NCBI GenBank assembly: GCA_964434285.1
Contig: CAYSUJ010000001.1
Coordinates: 104,703-168,702, forward strand
Length of the DNA: 64,000 nucleotides
Direction of reading: 5' to 3'
DNA from: an uncultured Candidatus Saccharibacteria bacterium
Lineage (GTDB): Bacteria; Patescibacteriota; Minisyncoccia; Phycocordibacterales; UBA2100
Under the pieces are notes generated by a model. That model ran no database searches. It was given only the letters and a program-made list of their open reading frames with translations, and was not told where the DNA came from. Every line of letters starts with the position of its first letter. Positions within the stretch are counted from its first letter, which is position 1. Positions 58,772-64,000 of the stretch are shown here, in pieces. A program made the position numbers and the translations under genes.

Positions 58772-59812
58772 TTACCGAGCAAGCGTGTAGCGACCATCCT
58801 GTGTGCGCTTGAAATCACTATGCTGGAGATTCACGACAATCGTTGCATCTTTCACGTAGCGCTCGCGCTTTACACGGTCAATGATTTCCTCACGAGAGAG
58901 TGCGCCGTCGCGAGAAAGCACTCCCTTAATGACCTCACGCACGACGCCAGGCGCATATCCCCATTCCTGCAAGGCGTAGAGGCCGCGACCAACGAGAATA
59001 AAGCGACCATCCTTAATGAGTTCGTTGTGCGTTGTAGCGGGGTGCGCACTTTTCTTGAAGAGATCACGAATTCCCTTTGCCACCTCCGTGAAGTGCATCG
59101 GTGAGCCATGACGCTTGAGGGTCAGATACGCGAAATCACGTGTATTCTTGATGCGCACATGTGGCGATTCCAGGCGCCCCCATTCGCCAAGCGGGTTTCT
59201 TCCGAGGCGCTTAGAAATTTGAAGGTAGCGGAGCATGGTCTCTGCCTCGCGAATCTTCACACCCGCTTCTTTCAAATGCTTAGCGAAGAGGTCGAGAAAT
59301 TCATCCTCCGGAAGAAGTGCTGATGCGTCCACCGCGTCGTAGAGTTCCTGCAGTGCCGTTTCCACAGATTCGGCCAGTGCCTGATCGACAAACCAGCGAC
59401 GACGGAAATCCGGCGTTTCGCGCTTGTCGGTAAAATGATGCCCGACGGTGAGAAGGAACAGTACATGATTGCGCTCCGTGTCGCTTTTCGGAAGCTCCGA
59501 GAGAATGGTGTGTTCGGCAAGAATACCGCCGAGAGCGGCAATCGTCTGCTTTATTTCCTCAAGAGTGCGTGCATGCTCAGTGTAGGCATCAGAATCACGG
59601 ACGGCTGAAAGACCGCTCCCCTCGATCTGACGGATGCGCTCGCGGGTGATGCCGTATTCTTTGCCGATGGATTCGAGGGTTTTTCCCTCGCCACCTTGCA
59701 AGCCGAAGCGATCAACCAGAACCTTCCGGACGCGGTCGGGGAGGCCTCCGATAAGTTCCTTAGTGACGGATTTTGGTTGAAGCGATTGCATGGTCAAAAT
59801 TGACTTGGACAC
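58772..59812 (-). CDS. Sigma-70 region-4 HTH plus winged-HTH (HARE-HTH/delta-like) protein
   Basis: 'TLESIGKEYGITRERIRQIE' and 'PMHFTEVA...THNELIKDGRFILVGRGLYAL'. Confidence 0.8.
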   Translation of the reverse strand: MSKSILTMQSLQPKSVTKELIGGLPDRVRKVLVDRFGLQGGEGKTLESIGKEYGITRERIRQIEGSGLSAVRDSDAYTEHARTLEEIKQTIAALGGILAEHTILSELPKSDTERNHVLFLLTVGHHFTDKRETPDFRRRWFVDQALAESVETALQELYDAVDASALLPEDEFLDLFAKHLKEAGVKIREAETMLRYLQISKRLGRNPLGEWGRLESPHVRIKNTRDFAYLTLKRHGSPMHFTEVAKGIRDLFKKSAHPATTHNELIKDGRFILVGRGLYALQEWGYAPGVVREVIKGVLSRDGALSREEIIDRVKRERYVKDATIVVNLQHSDFKRTQDGRYTLAR

Positions 59813-59833
59813 CTTTGTATGATGTACCTTATA

Positions 59834-59856
59834 TCAAGCGTATGCAGACCTGTCAA
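59834..59856 (-). promoter_or_regulatory. Sigma-70 promoter TTGACA-N17-TATAAG (the -10 box lies at about 59828-59833)
   Basis: Minus strand reads ttgaca ggtctgcatacgcttga tataag, upstream of the sigma4-HTH gene. Confidence 0.5.
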
Positions 59857-59952
59857 CTGGTTCCCTTATCCCCATTCATATCACAGGCAACCCCCAAAAG
59901 CGAGGCTACGACGGTATGCGCGCCTCCCCGGCACTAATGCTAGAATCCTTCG

Positions 59953-61338
59953 ATGACTCAGGTTCGCATCCCTCCGCAAGACATTGAAACCGAGCGCGCG
60001 CTCCTTGGCTCGCTCCTCATCAATCAAAGCGCCATCTACGAAGTAGCAGACGTCGTGCATATCGATTCATTTTATGCGGGCAAACATCGCACCGTGTATG
60101 ACGCGATGGTGAGTCTCTATGGCAAAGGTGATCCTATCGACGTCGTCACGGTCGCAAGCAAGCTCGACGAGCGTAAGCAGCTGCAAGAAATCGGAGGACG
60201 TGCATACCTTTCGGAACTCGCGGGGGCGGCAGCTTCCCCCGGCTCGGCGCGTCACTACGCCGAAGTCGTGCAATCTAAATTTGTGCTCCGCTCTCTTCTC
60301 GACGCCGCCGCAAAAATCGGCGAGCTGGGCTTCCAGGAAGACCGCGAGGTAGAGCATGTCCTCGATGAGGCGCAGCAGGCCATTTTTGCCGTCACGAACG
60401 CCCCGATGCTCCAAAAATTCACCGCGATCAAAGAGGAGCTCTCCGAGGCATGGGAACGGCTTGAAAGCCTCCAGAAGCACACGGGTGCAATGCGCGGAGT
60501 CCCCACAGGCTTCCCCGCGCTCGATACTATGCTTTCTGGTTTCCAAAAATCAGACCTGATTATTCTTGCGGCACGACCATCTATTGGAAAGACAACGCTC
60601 GCACTCGATATTGCGCGCCAAAGCGCAACCAAATACAAAACACCTGTAGGTTTTTTCTCTCTTGAAATGAGTTCACAACAACTGGTAGACCGTATGCTTG
60701 CGGCACAGGCAGGGGTTAATTCGTGGCGACTGCGCACGGGAAAGATTTCCAAGGACGACGAGTTCGAACGTTTGCAAGATGGCATGGCGGAATTGAGTGA
60801 AGCGCCGATTTTTATTGACGATAAATCCTCGAGCACAGTACTCGCGATGCGTTCCGTCGCACGTCGCATGAAGATGGAAAAAGGACTCGGGCTCATCGTT
60901 ATTGACTACCTCCAGCTCATTATTCCCTCAACACAGGGAGCGAACGTATCCACTGTTCAGCAGGTAACCGAAATCTCTCGCGCACTCAAGGGTATGGCGC
61001 GCGAACTCGACGTGCCGGTCTTGGCGCTCTCCCAGCTCTCGCGTGCAGTTGAACAACGCGGCGGCCGCCCTCGCCTTTCTGATCTTCGCGATTCCGGGTC
61101 GATTGAACAAGATGCCGACGTAGTTATGTTTATCCACCGCGAGGACATGTCGGGAAGCCGTACGGAGGGAGAGCGCACCAATGTGGCAGAAATTCTCATT
61201 GAGAAACACCGTAATGGTCCTGTAGGGAAGGTAGATCTTCTTTTTGATGACCAAACTACCACCTTCAAAAGCGTAGAAAAAGCTGATTTCGGCGATTTCA
61301 CGCCAGAAGCAACCGTGGGTGACGAACAGCCGTTCTAG
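59953..61338 (+). CDS. dnaB: Replicative DNA helicase
   Basis: ARPSIGKT, FSLEM, DYLQL, SQLSR, DLRDSGSIEQDAD. Confidence 0.97.
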   Translation: MTQVRIPPQDIETERALLGSLLINQSAIYEVADVVHIDSFYAGKHRTVYDAMVSLYGKGDPIDVVTVASKLDERKQLQEIGGRAYLSELAGAAASPGSARHYAEVVQSKFVLRSLLDAAAKIGELGFQEDREVEHVLDEAQQAIFAVTNAPMLQKFTAIKEELSEAWERLESLQKHTGAMRGVPTGFPALDTMLSGFQKSDLIILAARPSIGKTTLALDIARQSATKYKTPVGFFSLEMSSQQLVDRMLAAQAGVNSWRLRTGKISKDDEFERLQDGMAELSEAPIFIDDKSSSTVLAMRSVARRMKMEKGLGLIVIDYLQLIIPSTQGANVSTVQQVTEISRALKGMARELDVPVLALSQLSRAVEQRGGRPRLSDLRDSGSIEQDADVVMFIHREDMSGSRTEGERTNVAEILIEKHRNGPVGKVDLLFDDQTTTFKSVEKADFGDFTPEATVGDEQPF

Positions 61339-61350
61339 TATACTGAGCCC

Positions 61351-61953
61351 GTGGATCCTATTGAGAAGTTAACGGCTATTTTCCAGAAATTCCCCGGTAT
61401 CGGGCCGCGGCAAGCGGGACGCTTTGTGCACTTTCTTCTCCGTTCCTCACCCGCGCTTCGCCGCGAGCTTTCCAGCCTCATTTCTGAGCTCGGAAGCGAC
61501 GTTCATCAGTGCCCGCTTTGCCTTCGGTATCACACCGGGAAGAAAGGCACCTGCACCATATGCGGAGACTCTGGGCGTGACGCTTCACTCCTCGCCATCG
61601 TCGCGTCAGACGCCGACCTTGCGGCCCTCGAGCGTTCACACACCTATCACGGCCACTATTTTGTCCTCGGCGGACTTCTCTTACTCTCATCGGAACGGGT
61701 AAATGGGCTACACGTGAAAGAATTGCTCACCTCGCTGCCGAAACGCATCGAGAACGGACTCAAAGAAGTCATCCTCGCCTTTCCCGCAAACCCCGAGGGC
61801 GACGCAACGGCAATCCGCGTTCGCGAAGAATTGGCAGGTCTCGGAAATCCCTCACTCCGCATTTCCATGCTTGGCCGCGGCCTTTCAACGGGAAGCGAAC
61901 TGGAGTATGCAGACCCCGAGACAATCAAAAACGCCCTCGAGGGGCGTCATTGA
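61351..61953 (+). CDS. recR: Recombination mediator RecR
   Basis: PGIG, C4 zinc finger, Toprim, LEYAD. Confidence 0.93.
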   Translation: MDPIEKLTAIFQKFPGIGPRQAGRFVHFLLRSSPALRRELSSLISELGSDVHQCPLCLRYHTGKKGTCTICGDSGRDASLLAIVASDADLAALERSHTYHGHYFVLGGLLLLSSERVNGLHVKELLTSLPKRIENGLKEVILAFPANPEGDATAIRVREELAGLGNPSLRISMLGRGLSTGSELEYADPETIKNALEGRH

Positions 61954-61956
61954 TAT

Positions 61957-62265
61957 TTAGAGCGAGGTGATCTTCACTTTCGTGAAGGGCTGTCGGTGAC
62001 CCTTCTTTTTGTAGTAACGGGACTTCTGGCGGTACTTCATGACCACTTTCTTGTCTGCAAGGCCTTCACCAATGACCTCTCCGGTGACTTTTGCTCCTGA
62101 CACATGTGGCGAACCGACCTTTGTTGCTTTTCCGTCATCGGTAAGAAGGACAGTATCAAAAACCACCTTTTCACCCTTGCCGGCTGCGAGCTTCTCAACA
62201 GTGACAACATCCCCCTCCTTTACGAGGTACTGCTTGCCGCCGGTTGCGATAATTGCGAGATTCAT
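61957..62265 (-). CDS. rplU: 50S ribosomal protein L21
   Basis: TGGKQY, GHRQPFT. Confidence 0.96.
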   Translation of the reverse strand: MNLAIIATGGKQYLVKEGDVVTVEKLAAGKGEKVVFDTVLLTDDGKATKVGSPHVSGAKVTGEVIGEGLADKKVVMKYRQKSRYYKKKGHRQPFTKVKITSL

Positions 62266-62284
62266 GCGCGAGACTATACACGGA

Positions 62285-63325
62285 TTACTCCTCTTCGGCA
62301 AGTGCGGGCTTCTCTAGAGAGAGCGGCTCAACGCCCGCCTTCGTGCCCGCTATCCGATAGACATCCTTGTCCACCTTGGCCAACTCTTTGTAGCCATTAT
62401 TGTAGTGCGAGATAGTTGTCCCGAGCGAAGCGCCAATTTTCCCATAGAATTCATGTGTTTTTGTGATGTGTTTGACCAACTCCCCGACCCGCTTCTGAAT
62501 CTCCTCGGCGCGCTTCTCAATTTCGAGCGCCTTCAGACCCTGGAGAACGGTCTGGAGGTAGGCCAAGAACGACGTTGGCGATACGATGATGACTTTATAC
62601 TTTGACGCTGCGCGTTGAATGAGATTCTCATCATCTCCGCCGCCAACCTGATTTGTGAGCAAGTCATAGTAGATTCCCTCGCTCGGAATAAACATGAAAG
62701 CAAAATCCATCGTACCCTCTTCTGGGCGAATATATTTTGCTGTTTCCTGGATACGCAATTTGAGATCGTTCACAAAGGTCTTTTCAAGCGCCGTGCGCTC
62801 CGACGAGCCCTGTGGCGCGCTCACAAAACGGTTGTAGTTCTCAAGAGAAAATTTGGAATCCACGGGGACGAGCCGCTCATTCACAAACACAGCAGCGTCC
62901 ACAATTTCTCCATTCTTAAAGGGATACTGGATCTTGTACATCCCGGGCGGGAGTACATTTTTTAGCACCGTTTCCAAGTAATATTCTCCCAAGACACCAC
63001 GCTGTTTCGGGTTCTTAAGGATGTCTTGTAAGGACTGCAACTGCTCGGCAAACGTTTGCGTCTGCCGCCCAATCTCCTTCACCGAGGTGATCTCCTGCGT
63101 GATTTCCTTTATGAGTTTTGAGGATTCTCCGAGCTGTGCCCGCACCGTCTCGTGCATTTCTTTCGTTGACGCATGCATGCGCGTATCAAGCGAGCGTTCC
63201 AGTTTTTCCATTTGGTTTTGCAGGAGCATCAAGCCTTGCGTGTCATCCTTTGATTGCGAACGGAAAAAAAGTGCGGCCAAAAGCGCAAGAATGACGACAA
63301 GTAATGCTACGACAACCCACTCCAT
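62285..63325 (-). CDS. rmuC: DNA recombination protein RmuC
   Basis: RGVLGE, VDSKF, FAFMFIPSE, SPTS. Confidence 0.92.
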   Translation of the reverse strand: MEWVVVALLVVILALLAALFFRSQSKDDTQGLMLLQNQMEKLERSLDTRMHASTKEMHETVRAQLGESSKLIKEITQEITSVKEIGRQTQTFAEQLQSLQDILKNPKQRGVLGEYYLETVLKNVLPPGMYKIQYPFKNGEIVDAAVFVNERLVPVDSKFSLENYNRFVSAPQGSSERTALEKTFVNDLKLRIQETAKYIRPEEGTMDFAFMFIPSEGIYYDLLTNQVGGGDDENLIQRAASKYKVIIVSPTSFLAYLQTVLQGLKALEIEKRAEEIQKRVGELVKHITKTHEFYGKIGASLGTTISHYNNGYKELAKVDKDVYRIAGTKAGVEPLSLEKPALAEEE

Positions 63326-63353
63326 CTTTACATTGTATCGCGTGTATACAGCA

Positions 63354-63382
63354 TTGACACATGTCAACCGCGCAGGTAGCAT
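63354..63382 (+). promoter_or_regulatory. Sigma-70 promoter TTGACA-N17-TAGCAT
   Basis: TTGACA 63354-63359 and TAGCAT 63377-63382. Confidence 0.65.
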
Positions 63383-63388
63383 TTGCGC

Positions 63389-63490
63389 AGGTTCGTTTCC
63401 GGCGCCTCCCCCGTCGCCGGTGGCTCGGGAATACTCCCCAGCCTAAGAGGTCGTGCGCACCGCCCCCCCCAGCGCACGACCTCTTTTATT
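63389..63490 (+). ncRNA. Candidate ~100-nt sRNA with C-rich loops
   Basis: Own promoter, three hairpins, the last a 14-bp terminator stem with U tail. Confidence 0.55.
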
Positions 63491-63518
63491 TGCGCACAAT
63501 TCAGTTACACTTCTCGAT

Positions 63519-63968
63519 ATGCTACTCGAAACCATAAAAAGCAACATGAAAGAGGCTATGCGTGCGAAGGACGATGTGCGCCTGCAAACACTGCGCGGCG
63601 CGCTCGCTGCATTCACGAATGAACTTGTCGCAAAAGGTAAAAAGCCGACCGATGAACTCACCGAGACTGATATACAAACCGTGCTAAAGCGTCTGGCCAA
63701 GCAACGCAAAGATTCTATCGAACAATTCACCAAAGGCGGACGCACGGAGCTCGCTGATAAGGAAGCGAAAGAGCTTGTCATTCTCGAAGCATACTTACCT
63801 CAAATGGCTAGTCGCGAGGAAATACTCAAAATTGCTGAGGCAAAGAAACTAGAAACAGGCGCTGACGCAGCCGGCAAAGGTAAACTTATGGGCATGGTAA
63901 TGAAAGAGCTTGGAGGAAATGCCGACGGCAGTCTCGTTAAAGAAGTCGTGGAATCGCTTTTTGCGTAA
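63519..63968 (+). CDS. GatB/YqeY domain protein
   Basis: 'KEAMRAKD..RLQTLR...KQRKDSIEQF..GGR...YLP'. Confidence 0.92.
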   Translation: MLLETIKSNMKEAMRAKDDVRLQTLRGALAAFTNELVAKGKKPTDELTETDIQTVLKRLAKQRKDSIEQFTKGGRTELADKEAKELVILEAYLPQMASREEILKIAEAKKLETGADAAGKGKLMGMVMKELGGNADGSLVKEVVESLFA

Positions 63969-64000
63969 TCGTTTTCTAATCAATAGCTTGTGAACACTGG

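Noticed and set aside
63399-63450. HDV-like ribozyme
   Set aside because: P1-, P4- and CUAA-like parts are present, but no P3 helix/L3 loop fits between the candidate P2 and P1 strands.

Overview
64 kb of the core chromosome of a small-genome bacterium. Gene content and order point to Patescibacteria/CPR, Parcubacteria-like (inference): short AlaS, archaeal-type AspS, sigma4-HTH protein, DUF5671/DUF5674-like genes, FtsA-like plus baseplate-J-like pair. TGA is used as a stop codon. It encodes aminoacyl-tRNA synthetases (leuS, cysS, gltX, aspS, trpS, alaS), cell-wall genes (mraY, ftsW-type, murG, mltG, DD-carboxypeptidase, M23), grpE-dnaK-dnaJ, the infA-rpmJ-rpsM-rpsK-rpsD-rpoA-rplQ-rplM-rpsI cluster, dnaB, recR, rmuC and others. 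I recognised no rRNA, tRNA or CRISPR array. The most notable observations are mostly non-coding: (1) a ~330-nt multi-stem RNA candidate with an ECF-type promoter, directly behind an ECF sigma factor that has a basic tail and no adjacent anti-sigma gene; (2) palindromic CCCC...GGGG mini-elements inserted exactly on the start codons of trpS and ftsW with 4-bp duplications, each creating a uORF that stops 4 nt before a regenerated start codon; (3) a ~100-nt sRNA candidate with C-rich loops and its own promoter and terminator; (4) a RAYT-like transposase with REP-like palindromes between grpE and dnaK; (5) an orphan 7TM histidine-kinase three-gene module; (6) pervasive leaderless promoter architecture. 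All structures were read by eye; nothing was computed or searched.
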